Shown piece by piece: positions 37,951-53,693 of a stretch of 64,000 bases of DNA. The notes beneath the pieces are model-generated. The model had not been told where the DNA came from. It made no database searches and saw only the letters and a program-made list of their open reading frames with translations. The DNA comes from Hormiphora californensis (lineage: Eukaryota; Animalia; Ctenophora), in the NCBI GenBank assembly GCA_020137815.1, contig CM035355.1, forward strand, positions 4,960,001-5,024,000, written 5' to 3'. Each line of letters starts with the position of its first letter. The first letter of the stretch is position 1. A program made the position numbers and the translations under genes.

Positions 37951-38155
37951 CTGAACCGGATCTATCCGTTCCCGCCGACTGATCCCTGCTCTCACTCCGA
38001 TAAGTGCTGCCAGTTCGTTTGGGCTTAGCAGCTACTAAATTCAATACATTAAATGTCAGAGGATCCGCTGGCTCCGGTGTAGGGGTCTTCTTCTTGGTGT
38101 CCGAATCACTGGATTTCCGTCTGAAGCGGAATCGTCGCAGAGTCAGAAAGGGCAT
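37951..38155 (-). CDS. Alternative first coding exon A of the calmodulin-like gene (MPFLTLRRFRFRRKSS...)
   Basis: 205 nt = 68 codons + 1; donor TCAG|gtgag; in-frame TAA upstream of the ATG. Confidence 0.78.
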
Positions 38156-40161
38156 GGTGTGTTGTTGTTGTGTTTACATCGTGCGTAACGGTCTCCTCCA
38201 CTGTTGCATTTTACCCGCGTGTCTGGGTTATGTGTTAGAATGGAATACGAACAAAATAGCAAGATTATTTACACGATCAATCAGGCGATACATGGAAAAT
38301 CGATTGAAATCTATGAAAGGACTGTTTTTGCAACTTAGGAGAGAGAGAGCTAGTAAGAACGAGAGAGATAGGGAGGGAGATGATAAAAGGTAGGAGTGCA
38401 TGCATGATTGTCCCCCTGTTTAACAATAACAGCGGGGCACTGAGTGAGAAGCTCCATTATATCAGATCTCCATTATTGAGAGAGAGAGAAAGAGAAAGAG
38501 ATGGTCAAGGCAGGGTAGTATTGGAAAAATGATAGATAAAGATAAAGTGAAGCGGCAAATTGAAGAGAGCTTGCCACCTGTTCAACATAATACTATGCAG
38601 TATGTGGTTTCGGCAATACTATATAGTAACAAGGTCCTTTCAGCACGGCGCCAAAGTGCAAAGAGAAAGTGGAATTAGAGGACTTATAGTTTTTACAAGA
38701 ACATGGCCGATTTATAAAACTCTCTTTCGGAGTAAATTAGTGCCACTAAACATCGTAAATTGTCTGAACAAGTCAACGTTTACCCACAACAACACTAGCT
38801 ACTGCTGCAGTAGGTAGGTACTACGAGATGCAGCAGTAGTAGGTACTACCAGCATTAGAAGTTAGAACTAGCTGCAGTAAAGTAGAACTAGCTGCAGCAG
38901 CACACTAGGTACTACCAGCACTAGGTAGCACTAGGTACTACCAGCCACAAAAAGGACTCTGTGGAATTACTGTCCTCAACAACTCTAAAGACACTCTAAA
39001 GACACTCCAAAAGCACTTAGCAGTAAACAAGGTCACATACACATAACAATATGTGGACTCTAGATGCAGAAGTGTGGAAAGGTAACACTAACAGTATATA
39101 CTGTGTGCATTATATGCCAAGACTCATATATATTGTATACGTTACAATCGATGTACCATAAGGCCATGTCACAACACATACAGGAAGCTTTTTTTGTTGT
39201 TTTAATACTGTGTGACAAAGAAAGAGAGGTATCCAATCTCCATGACACAACTAATGAATATGTTGAATATATTTATCAAGTTGTCGCGGGAACTTTTATG
39301 TTTATTTAAAAAACTTTAAATTTTTATGCAGAGTGTGAAGTTGCACAGTGACAATTGACAGGGAGACTGGAGTTGGTGCCTTCATGAACAAGCTATTATA
39401 ATAATTAATGAAATTAATTAACAGTACCTAGCATTGTTAATTAACGTTCGGAAGAAACCTAGGCCAAGGACAGGTTGACATATATATCCCAAAAATCAAG
39501 GATATATTTTAAAAACACGTTGGTGTTAACAGCATATTAGCTTAGTATAGGTTTTAACGTTGTGGTCTGTCTCTATATCTCGTTCTCTCTTCCTCTCTCT
39601 CTCCCTTTATATTCCTATATATCTCTCTCCCTCTCTCTTGTGATCTTATACTCTTCGAATCCAACGGGATATGTGAGCGACGTGAGTCGTGACAACTAAA
39701 CCACAAAATACTTATGAGTCTTGCCTACAGAGAAATATTTCCAATTAATAATTTGTCTCCATGCAAAAAATATGTAAATTGTAACTAAATATTGACACCG
39801 TTATGCCATTATCCGTCCATTGAATGTTTGTTCTATTCCGTGAACCAAGGATTAAAATGCAGTAAATCACGGATGCAGTTTTTCAAATGAGCTCGTTTGA
39901 AAAATTCGAATTCTTTAAGAATCCAATATTGCAGAGTGAGCAACTATAATACGACTCTGCAATAAATTGGAAACGTTTAGTTCAGCTCTTAGAAGAGACA
40001 AGCTAATACTTCAAATAATGTGGTACTATAGAAATCTAAATCTATCGGTGACCACAGCGTAACAATCAGCCATACAAACTTTAACATAACATCTTTAATA
40101 CCACTGTCGCTCCCGACTCTCTCTCTCTCTATCTCTCTATTTCTCTATCTCTCTCTCTATC

Positions 40162-40229
<68 letters not shown>

Positions 40230-40992
40230 TCTATCTCTCTCTATCTCTCTCTTTCTTCAATTATATCCATTGCATCTCTTTATTTTTTGTTCCGCTCTGA
40301 CTTTCTCATGGAAAATTTCTACCAAAATTGAACGGACACAAGAAAATTGTAACCACTAGTTGTAACGGCTGAAAAAAAGGAAGACAGAAAATTGGCCGAG
40401 ACGGAGAGAAAGGGACATAACAAGAAATAAACAAGTAAACACAGACTTGATAGCCGACCAACAGCCTAACGCAATACAACGGAGATAGGACAACACAATT
40501 TGTATAGCAAATTAAACGGGGAATTTCTACAGTCAAACCTCGATTTACCGGACCTCGATTTACTGTGCAAAAAAACCCTGAGGAGTTCGGTAAATCTCAA
40601 GGTTCGACTATGATATATATACAAATTATACATACAAGCACTGCAGCAGCTGTACGACACTGTGTCAGGTACACAACTGCACTGCACAATAGACTAAGAC
40701 ACACACAATATATTATGATTCTTCGCTTGGGCATTCATGTGCAATTATTCACCGAAGAGGACATGAGCCTTTAGTTTACACATATCTACATAGATATGTT
40801 TAGTTGGCAAAGCACACGTGTCAAAGGCCAAATTTCTATCGAGAAAAAGTAGAAGAGGCATCATGTTGAAATGAAGAGTCGGCATCTCTCTCTCTCTCTC
40901 TCTCTCTCTCCAGCACAAAATATATGTATCCATGCCTGTCAAGCTACTGTTATACAGGCAGGAGAGATAGAGATATGATAGAGGTAGATAGA

Positions 40993-41092
<100 letters not shown>

Positions 41093-41620
41093 GAGAGAGA
41101 TACAAAGACCACAGCACTGCTGCATGCACACGTTTTTTGTTGTCTGTCTCGACATTGTCAAGTGACCTAACAATATGAGAGCACGACGACCAAATATGTG
41201 TGTCCAGTGTAACAGTGGGCGATGTCATGCCAGAGGGGATATGATATCGTCACCATTCAAACCACAACAATATAATGTAACGATATATGGTACACTAGAT
41301 ATTTAAACAGTAGTGTGACACCCTTTAAACCACAACAATATGTAACAATACAGTACACTAGATATAACAGTAGTGTCACACCACTTATAGCAAGACCTAG
41401 ATATCATGGTCTATTAGCATGGAGGCGGTAGTGCAAGCCCCTGTATAACATGTGTCATTGTGTCTGCATGTCAAAGAGGGTGGAGAGATAGTGTCATGGT
41501 GGTGGGATATACGACAGCAGAACAACAACACATAATCTGTTTACCACGCTGAACCAAGACTTTCCAGCTCCCCTGTCTATTTTGCTCTGTCTCTATCTCT
41601 CTTTTTCTGTCTCTATCTCG

Positions 41621-41701
<81 letters not shown>

Positions 41702-43146
41702 CTCATCTCCATCGTCGTCAGCATCGCCCCCTCGTTCTCTGCCTCCTCTCCGTCTCGTGTTCTCGCTCTCGTCATAACATTAATTCCGTTGGGGTTTTTT
41801 TTCGCCCGGGGGGGCTTTTAGGGGGGGGGTTTTTGGGGGGGGGGCATGGGGGTCCCCCTTCTTTGGTCGGGGCCAGGGGGAAATATTACCTACCACAACC
41901 GGGATTTTTAAAAGGATTTCTGGGGTTAACTTATGTAGTTCCTTTAAAAATTTTCAAAAGACTGAATCCCCGGGGTTTTTTTACTGGAGGGGCCAAAATT
42001 TTATCTTACGGCGTTCACCTTTCCAGGATCCGGTTCCCGGGTTAGGGTAGAGAAAGTTCCGGGTTTGTTCTGCAGCCAGACCCCCTTTGGTTTCGGTTTT
42101 TACCCATTCTATAAATGTAAGTTTGGGTAGTTTTCAAACCATTACTTTATCAATCATCTTTGTTTAAAGAAACCCTGGTTATTCTTCCACTCCACGTTAG
42201 CGCTAAAATCCCCGCCTTTTTGCCCTTGAGATGGCTTCCCTCCTCCTTGCAGCTTTGCCAACGCACTTCAGCGTACGGGGTTACTTAAAATGTTGGATCT
42301 GGACAGGGCCATTTTACATATGATCAAGGGACGGTTAATTCCCCTCTCGAACGGCAACATCTCTTGAGGGGTACTACCCTCCCTGACCCTTCTTCCTCTC
42401 AGACCGGTATGGGTAGACCCCCCTTGGACGGGCACATCCTCTGTGAACCGTAACTCTCCAAAGGGTTTGGCTGGACATCTTCAGGCTGAGCAACATCTCT
42501 TGAAGGAGCACAGACGACCCACTCTGGAGGGTCATTTTACAGGGGGGGGGTAGACGAGCTCATGGGCGGGAGGGGAATCGCTCTTAAACGGGCACAACTC
42601 TAGAGGGTAATGGTAAAGTATTCTCTCGGAACAGTATCGTTGTGACGTAAATCTCCACATGGAACGGTAATGGGTAGATATCTAACGGGACGTGTCAACC
42701 ATCTCTGTAGCGGAAGACCCTAGATCGGGTACTATCGCATTGGAATGGCGGTATTTTGCGGACGGGGTATGTCTGTGAAGTGTGGGTAAGTGTCGGTCGG
42801 GAGGGAACTCTTCTTTGGCTGGGTTGAGGGGATTTTGGGGTGGTCAACAATCCCTGAAGGTAACAATCTTCGGGACTTACTATTCTCAAACGAAGAAAGA
42901 GGTGGGAGATAGTCATGGGTTGTGGGCTTATGGTCCTCAGCTGGCTGAGTCCTGTTCCACGCTCCCTAAGAAGCGGAGGAACAAGAGTGGCGAATCAATG
43001 GGGGCGAGGGCCAAGAGATCTGGGATAGACGAGATAGAGCGAGTAGCGAGCGAGCGAGGAAATCGAGAAAATAGAGGATGAAGTATCTCTCCGTGTCCCT
43101 TTCGACACCGTTAGTCGTCCTCTTCTAGGTACTCATCTCCCTCCTC

Positions 43147-43177
<31 letters not shown>

Positions 43178-43220
43178 CTCCCTCAGTCTACGTCACGTCT
43201 CCCTCCCTCTTAATTCATAC

Positions 43221-43524
43221 CGGGCAAGTATTCCAAGTCATTCATGCATGACGGGAGACTAGAATTATATATCATCAAAGCAACCAAAAAAATTACCACT
43301 AGAAAATTACCAAAACGAAAACATTCTTGTTTGAAGCCTAACCCATGAGCACAGAGCACGATACAATCTGCTAGATGGAAACAATGTAATTGAGAAATGT
43401 TATCGGGAAAGCCTAGAGCTAGTTTTTTGACAGGTCCTGTATTTATGACTTTATGATGCAGGGTTTGGTATTTTCTAACGTCATATACCGGACACTGAAC
43501 CAAGAAGGGAGTGGACAATATCAT
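43221..43524 (-). CDS. Candidate alternative first exon B with a hydrophobic segment (MILSTPF...FGNFLVVIFLVALMIY...)
   Basis: 304 nt = 101 codons + 1; donor CCCG|gtatga. Confidence 0.4.
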
Positions 43525-44451
43525 ACATTATATCTGCTGTATGGTTGAGTCGCTGTATGAACAATTCAACTTTATAGACACACAAACACACACACTTCAA
43601 ATTCGGTTCCAATATGTTTGGAATGCAACAAGAGTACGTGTGGCACAATTAGTTTCAGTGACGTTTCAATAAAAGGTAATTAGGGCCGAATCGGTTGAAA
43701 TATATAAACGAAAACGATGGCACGAAAAGGAAAACTAAAAGAATAATTAGCTTATTTTTAGCGCCATGGTTCCACATAACTGCCCTAGCACCCCTATAAA
43801 ATCACAGAGAGCCTAGTGAACATAAAACGTTGCAAAAACGAAAATAGTGGCGACGACAGCAGGACATAGAGAATGTTGGGGAGGGAATGAGGGGCATTCT
43901 ACCATTAATATGATTAGTCGCTAGTCCAGGTGTGAAGCTTTTTATTGTACGACGTATACAAAGGTGAGAGGGAGAGAGTGTCGTATATAAAGGTGAGGGA
44001 GAGAGAGAGTGTCATTTCTTGACGCAAACACTTGACTTGCACGATGGGGCAGAGTCAGGGTTGTAGGGGGGCAGGTTAAACACACGGAGAGTCAATACAA
44101 AACGTGACAATATGGTGGTTAATAACTATATTGGTCATTTGATATAACATTCCTGGTTGCTATGGGGATAAGAAATACGTATGTTGCCATGGATACCATG
44201 TAATGATAATTTACCTTAATTGATGAACACCACCCCGCCAACAACCTGAACCAAGTCATTTTGGGGTACGTAATAAATATTTCAAATTTCTGGAATCCGT
44301 CCCCGATAATGTGTTTAGCCACCTTTTGGCCTCGTTCCGGCCACAAGTTTATGAACAAAATTTGGCAACGAAAAATATCAACAAGTCTATTATCTTGGCA
44401 ACAACCCATATCATTAGTTGTAAAATATAACCTAAAGATATAAAAACTTAC

Positions 44452-44623
44452 ATTTTTCGATGTCAGGTAGGAAACTGAATGAGTATCGTTTCTTGTCTGC
44501 GGGTGAGATCCTGGGTGAGGGAGTGCCGCTGATCCCTGTCTTAGGGAGGGATAATCTCCTGGATCCGGGGCTGGTATTGGTCCGGTGACTGGGCTTGATG
44601 TACACATGTATTGCACCTCTCAT
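44452..44623 (-). CDS. Alternative first coding exon C (MRGAIHVYIKPSHR...RRLSLP...KKRYSFSF)
   Basis: 172 nt = 57 codons + 1; donor AAAT|gtaagt; in-frame TAG upstream. Confidence 0.68.
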
Positions 44624-45599
44624 TATGTAGATCTATCCTGCTTCTGATACAATATGATGTTTTCAAAAAAGTAACAATTTGGCAATTTTAGTTGTCTATT
44701 TTACTCGTCAACTGCAGAGCTGGTAGTCAAGTGTGAATAACTATATAAATTGGATGGAAGCTGGAGAAAGCTTGTTTCAATTAGCTGGGGGTGGTCCTAA
44801 ACACGGCTTTCACTTGAAAGTTACCGAGGTAGTGCCACTAAAAACTGAGCGGGCAGGGGGTGTTAATCAAACAAGGAAGGGCCGGGGCGGTGATGGAGAG
44901 AGAGAGAGAAATAAAGATAGAGAGAGGGAGAAATAAAGATAGAGAGAGGGAGAAATAAAGATAGAGAGAGAGGTGGAGGTGGAACAAGGGTAGAGGGAAA
45001 AGTGTAAAGTAGAACAGTGTCAAATAGCAGTAACGGGGCAGTGGAAAAATATATAAAATATACTGAGCTACAACTGAAAATATAATATGTGTGCTTAATA
45101 GTAGAACGAGTAAAACTGCAACGCTTGATGAAAGCTGCGTTCGGGTATAAGGGTGTTTTTAACACGGCGTGCAGGAGTTGTGAAATGAGAGGGAAGTCAT
45201 AAAGTCATTGAGCTGCCCTAAAAAGTTCTAGAACTTGTAAAAAACGTCATTATAACATACCCAGGGAAATATCAGGGATATTATAGAGGTACTGCAGACT
45301 ACTACAGTGAAGAGAGAAAGAGACGAGGGTAGGTGAAAAGGGAGATATATCTAGGGTCGTTGACAGGACGGCATTTGTCAATTGAGTCCAGTGCGAAAAA
45401 GAGCTATATATCGCATGATACTGATAACCTTCGGGACGCCCTTTTTTCTACCACTTATTTGAACTGACCTCATATCCCACTTTTCTGTCTAGTTTTTAAG
45501 ATTGGGACATGACAGAGAAGGAAAGAACGTTCAAAATGGTCCAAAACACCTAACAGTCAAACAAAAACAATAAATTATTGGAATTATTATTTCACCTAC

Positions 45600-45762
45600 G
45601 TAGTAAGTTGATATCCGTTTGTGTTGGTCCTGCAGGTGTTGTGACTCTCCTCCTCCCTAGGGTAGTTGTGATATCCGGGTGGGATACTCGAGGAAGGGTT
45701 ATCTGACTGGGCCGAGAGGACTTTGTGGGTCGTCGTGCCCGGTAGAATAGATTAACAGACAT
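45600..45762 (-). CDS. Alternative first coding exon D (MSVNLFYRARRPTKSSRP...)
   Basis: 163 nt = 54 codons + 1; donor CTAC|gtaggt; acceptor then in-frame TGA upstream; CAACAACAAC before ATG. Confidence 0.62.
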
Positions 45763-46700
45763 GTTGTTGTTGTTGGAAGAAGCTCACTACAACAACTACT
45801 GGCAGTGAGTAGTGGAGTTAATAAATTTATTATCAAGTACGAGGGGAGGAGAATAATTCAAAGCGAGAAAGAGAGAGATAGATGCAGAGAAAGAGAGAGA
45901 GGAAGAGAGAGATATAGATAGAGCTAAAGAGAGATAGAGAGGAAGATGGAGCTGGAGAGAGGTAGAGAAAGAGATAGATGGAGAGAGAAAGATTGATGGT
46001 CGAAGGACTAAACAATTATACAGATAATAGACAGCTTTGACCTCTGTCGAGACTCGAGCACAACATTGAACGATATAAAAGTGAAATTTACAAAAATTAG
46101 AGTCACAATTGTCACAAACACATGTTAGCAGAGAAGAAGATGTTCATCTATGGAGGAAGTTTTGATGATGAATTGATAACAAGAGAGTTAATAATAATAA
46201 GGGACTGATAGATAGAACTCGACATGCTAAAGCGATAGAGAGAGAGAGAGAGGTCGCAAATTAGGATGCATTATCAAAGAATAACTCAAGGATGAGAATA
46301 TTTATAGTACTCGATATTCTTCGTATTATAGTGCTCTTGCCTATTGAGTGTCCGATTTCTGAGAGGCGAGAAGTTCCAAGAGGACAGTAGGATGCGATGA
46401 TTTTACGAGATCTACAATTGATGGAATGATGGAGAGAGTTTGCTTGTTTGTTTGTAAGGACGCCTGGGATGATAAAGAGACATTGCTCATTGTATTCATG
46501 CTGGTAACAAAACAGGTCAATAATTATACTAATAGTTATACGTCAAAACAGGAACTGCAAGTGAGCTACTATCACAAACTTATCGTTTCAAGGACAGCAT
46601 GGAACTCGGGTGGCAAAAAAACACGGGACTCAAATTAGGATCGAGTTACATCGGCTAACTGATCGATGCCGCAGCAGGTCTTTCATCAATCATCATGTCT

Positions 46701-46731
<31 letters not shown>

Positions 46732-49496
46732 CTTTTTATCAAGAAAGATCCTAACTCGGAATTATTTCGCTCGCAGCTTTTATCATGTAGCATATAATAT
46801 TATATGTCAACAATTTGACCTCTTCGACCAAGAAGTTCTACCTAAGTAGGATCTACTCCAAAATTACATTTACAGTCCAGATGTTATTTAAAAATGTGCA
46901 CATGCTCAAAAAATATGTGTGCCTATAGCTCGATCAGTTCCAGGTCATGACTTGTTAAGTCCCACCCCTTACTCACAAGTCATGACTCAAACAGGTTTAT
47001 GTAGCTTACTTTGCAAATGGTTTACTACGTTTCCAAGATGAAGTTCACCCTCGCAAACTTCCTAAACGTATTTAAATGCAATCCTATTCATCATAAATTC
47101 TCTGATGATCATATAAATCACTAAATAAGCGACAGGTTAAACGAGACATTGTGAAAAGTTAAACTGCCATTCTCAGTTTTCACGGCTTGTGCAACAACCA
47201 GTCATACAAAGTGTGAAAGCTCACTATAATTTGTAACTACACATGTTCTCTCTTTCTTTAATTCCCGTTTACAATATGACAGTAGGGATTCTACCACTAT
47301 AACTACCTCGACTGATATATATATATAGCAGTGTCTGGGGTAAACAACATCGCACCTGAAAGTGCTGAAAGGGTCTTTATAAACCCTTTGGCCTGTGAGC
47401 TGCCCAGAATTTTCTAATTCTTCCTCAATAATGATATTCTCTCAGCTGCTGGCTGAAGAGTTGTTTTCCTAGATCTGGATCTCTCCAGTCTACAATAATG
47501 CATGACTGCAGATCTGTAACACCTGTGCCCTATATCTAACACTATCTAAAACTATTGAAGGCTCCTAGTAGACAAAGCTAGCTAGTAGAATCAGCCAGCA
47601 GCCTCATTAGCGTAATCGATGTTATCTCAAGATTTCATCCAGATCATTCTTAAACCATGTCTCTCGTGCGAAAAAACAAAACTGTAAATCAACCTGTCAG
47701 AGCAATGGCCTGGCCCTATTCTCATTTCCTTCAAGCATGCGAGAACTGTGGTCAGAGCATTGGCCTGAAGGAAATCAACCAACACCCAGTATGTTACAGA
47801 CTGCAGCATATGTCTAGCGTGCGCCAGAACCTTCTTATCGTGTGTGTCAGCTTGAAAGAAAGGGTCGAGGCACGTGCCAAACAGCTTAAAATAATGTTAC
47901 TCACTTGGTTTCCATGGATTCCACTCCTTCACATCACTAAGAGATCCCTCCTGTTCCCCTGCCTCGTTTGACGGTCCCTCCGTGTTGCTTGCACCAACAG
48001 GTTAGGTACCATGGTTCGCCGCGGAGGATCGTCGTCGGATAAAAGAGTGGCATTTTGCTGTGTGGGTCTGGAGAGGGAGGAGGACAGTAAATGGTTGTAA
48101 AGTTCAAATACTGGCTGCAGTTCTTCAACAAAAGAGCATTGGCCTGACAAGGTTCTTTAACAAAAGAGAGGCATGGCTGGAGTGGGGAGGAGGATCAGAC
48201 AATCAGGGATGTACTGCAATGTTTGTAATGTTCATTCTGCAAGCAACAAAAGACAAACGACTGTCCGTGGGGGGCCGCGTGAGATAATCAAGTGAACGGT
48301 ATGAGGCCAAACAGAGTTCTAATTGCAATTGCATAATATATGAGGATCTAGGAAATTGCTCGGTAGGAGGTTCAGTCTGCAGCTACTACAGTACTACACT
48401 ATAGAGCTGTTTGGATGATGTGAACTGATCATTTCCAATCATTTCCAATATTACGGGAATTATATACTCATGATCAACTGCTTTAGGTCCAGATATAATC
48501 ATAAATTCCCGGAAACGGAAACCTTGGAATCAAATATACTGATCATGAACCCGACAGGTTCAAGAGATTTAAACGGACTTCTCAGTTCTTGTGATCCTAC
48601 CAGCAGCAACATGCATAATAGACTGTCTACTGTCAAAATTGTGAAACAATTCGTAGAGATGTGTATAGTTAGAAAGGGCTTGTAACCTGTGTCTACGAAA
48701 CCAATATTATATCTTCTATACTGTAGAGCTGTGGGTGGTAGAGAAAAGAGAAAGTATAATGATATCTCGATCTAAAGCAGCAATTTAATGAAAATGAGCC
48801 GAGTGCGGTTTGTACAATACACTTATATGAAACGGTATAGATATCATAGAACTACATCGGAAGATGCAAATAACATCGATAAGAAGGACCAATGGGTTCA
48901 GATGATTGCTTCTCTTTCTGCAGATCCCTATTCCAGAGTTTTGTAAATGATCTCTACATTGTATTACACTCTGCAGAGGTCTGAACAAGTGAACAACTCT
49001 CTACATCTCGTTGTTTGGAATGACTCCCATCTCGCTGTAATGAAGATTCCTATACCGTTATATCGTTCGTCCAGGGTGGTGTCGCACTCAGGATGTTTCT
49101 TAGAAACTCAGGATATTTCTTAGAAACTCAGTGCCATGGACATGGTTTATTCAAAAGCTGGCAAAAAGAGGGCGAATAATTTTTGCACAATGGCATGCAA
49201 AACCGTCTTTGCATATATATTGAGGGTCATTGTATGAGCTTTCGGGATGGGGAGGGGGCAATCTAACTAATTCTGTCTACCGTATGGTTGTTACAACGTG
49301 ACAATGTGCTAATTGTGGTGCAGTAGGAGTACCTCCCCTATCCCATGTGGAAGGGATGGCTATCACTCTTCCCCTCTCTCCGGGGCCGTATAGTGACACT
49401 ATCTCTCTCCATATTATAGTGAAAGCTACCTCCATGTGAAAGGGGCAGATAGAGTAATTATAGGGGCATTAATTTGACTAATGAGAGAGAGAGAGG

Positions 49497-49540
<44 letters not shown>

Positions 49541-49808
49541 GAGAGAGATAGAGAGAGAGAGAGATATGAGCTCCAGGCCGTAGTGGAAGTGTATTAAACA
49601 TGCCGGTAAACGCTGCGGAGCGGTATGGGGTGCTCTGTTATGGATAGTGGGCAGCTGGTGAACGATAGCGTGAGCGAGAGAAAGATAGAGGGAGATGGAG
49701 CTAGAGACAGAAAGACAGGAGAGGACGTGGGGGCAGGATCAACCATTAACCGATTATAGAGCGAGATTAACTGGACACTAATGCTGTTATCTACACCATG
49801 GGGTACAC

Positions 49809-49896
<88 letters not shown>

Positions 49897-50856
49897 GAGA
49901 GAGAGAGAGAGAGATGATGATGAGCGAGAGCGAAGACGAGCAAGCAGAATTATAGAGAGGAGATATCGACATAGAGCTCTCATCATCGTCTCTCTCCTCT
50001 CTTTCTCTGACGTACTCTCTATCTCTCTATCCTCTCATCTCTATCTCGCTCTCTTCCTTCTTCCTCTGTCTCTTCTCCCTCTGACTCTCCCTCGGATATG
50101 TGGCATGAAATTAACATCTGATCTAGCTCCAGGTACTAACTACGTGATTCCATAAGATATACTATCTGCGGAGGGGTAAGAGCTGCCTTGGGGCAGCAGA
50201 AATGAGGTATGAGGCAAATCTATATAGGAAGATACATGCAATGCCGTACACAATCTATCTCTCATATCTACTCTATCTCTTACTCTCTAAGCTACTTGGG
50301 AACTCCCTCGCATCTCAGGAAGCCGGTCGAATCGGGCATGTTAAAAAATTATATGCTATATACTCTGACAGAGCTCCTGGTGTATACTACAGTGAGTTCT
50401 CTACCAAGACAATCCAATCTCAGGGAGGGTGGTGAGGGGAAGCTGCCCTAAATTGGCAACACAGAAAGGGAGGTGCTATATACAGCAATCAGTATAATAG
50501 GGACTCATTCCATCGTGGCCTTGGACCACTAAAATATATGCTACTTTACAGGGTAATTATAATTATTAGTTAATTACTATAATAACAAATGGAAAAGTCA
50601 CGTTAGGGTAACTACCAATTACGCAGATCTCAGGGAACTCGGATGAGGTCTCAAATTCGGGAATGTTTCTATTTAACTACATGACAAAGATGACCTCAGT
50701 ATATTATGAGGCATATTTTCAATTGAACTTAGCCAAACTATTGAAAGTGATGAAGCAATCGTCCTGTGAAGTACGCCATCCACCGCAGAGTGCGGCTGGT
50801 AGTACAACACCTGAGAGGGGGAGACACAATAGACGAAGAGAGATAGAGAGATAGAG

Positions 50857-52309
<1,453 letters not shown>

Positions 52310-52560
52310 CTATCTCAGATTAAATTTATTGCTCATGAAGACGTTGTATACGTGCAATAAACGGATATTTATTGTACAATCGTTTCTTAAAACCACTACT
52401 TACGGAAAATTACAATTTCCCCTCTTATATTTACTTCCATCCGACTTCAGGTAATACACAATTCAACAGACATCATTTTCATTGGTTCTTTTGTCAACAT
52501 TCATAATTCTTAGTTGATATCAAAAAGTTACCATAAAACCAGTATGTAATTTAATTTCTT

Positions 52561-53693
52561 TCAAACATGCGGTCTCTGATCAGTGTACCCAAGCACATAC
52601 CGCTCTAAGGACACAGTCCGGTAAATCTCGCTCATTAAGTCTTTTGGGAGCTGATTTACCATAACCTTGAAGAACTCCTTCTGCTGATCACTCATGACCA
52701 TATCATCTGGGTGCGGGGGCGGCAGACCAAAATTCCACCCTGCACGCTGAAACAAACTCTCAATATCTCTCATTCCATTCTCAAATTGTCCAATAAATTG
52801 GTATTCGTAGCTTGGATCGCAGAGTCTGCAAAGTGAGACCTGGGAAGACCAATGTGGGTTATCCCTCACGTCATGAGGAAGCTTCTCTTTATCTACCAGG
52901 AAGTTCCAAACCAAGAAAGCTTTTAAATCAAAATCCGGCGGAGTTACATCACAATTGTAAGTTGTAGCACCGTAATGTTCCATGACGTCGTGGTGTTGCT
53001 TCATGCTATTACAAATATCAGGTCCAAAGACGTTCTGAATGTAATGATGGAATGCATCATTGGTGCTGCTGTAAAACTTGTCTCTGTACGCTGAGATAAC
53101 CTTGTCAACAGGATCCCTAACAAAAGCAAACAGATAGCGAGACTGCAGAAGTGAACTCCATTCCTTCTCAGGGAAGTGAAACAGGACTGATTTGGGCCCA
53201 TACCAAGGGATGTAATGGGCGTACTGAACACTAGCCGCAACATTGATATCAGCCTCAATTTCACTAGCTGTTCGATTCTTGGACATTATGTAGAATATTC
53301 TCTTCAGGCTACTGCTGTAAACCTTTGCGACAGAGCAGTATGCTAGGTCCCCTTCTCGTGCTAGGAAGATCCTTTTGTCAATAGGAAACCGAGTGTTGAC
53401 GCGGAATTCAGCGTTCCATTCCTTGCATCGTTCCCTCATTAGCCGTGCCCTCTCCTCACCGTTAACTAGTCTCAGCATTGGAAGGCGGATCGGTAGGTTC
53501 TTCAGGTTCTGGCGTCAGGCGATAATTACCATCTTCGCTGATTTCGAAACTCCTCTATAAATACATAATCATCATTGACGTCGCTCCTCAAAACAGCCAC
53601 TGATTCCCTGAACCGGATCACAAGTTCAAAGACAGCAAAGATCGTGAAAAGGCACAAAACAACCGATGCACTGTTCATAGAGTGAAACAACAT
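52561..53693 (-). CDS. Golgi carbohydrate sulfotransferase (HNK-1ST/CHST11-like, Sulfotransfer_2), single exon with two apparent +1 indels in the stem region
   Basis: 5'-PSB YCSVAKVYSSSLKR, 3'-PB FVRDPVDKVISAYRDKF, HWSSQVSLCRLC..YQFIGQFE; type II TM anchor (VVLCLFTIFAVFELVI) in another frame at 53693-53550. Confidence 0.85.

Noticed and set aside
41800-43100. GC-rich block with short ORFs and loosely repeated CGGGCACATCTCTTGAGGG motifs
   Set aside because: Appears error-rich; no feature can be supported
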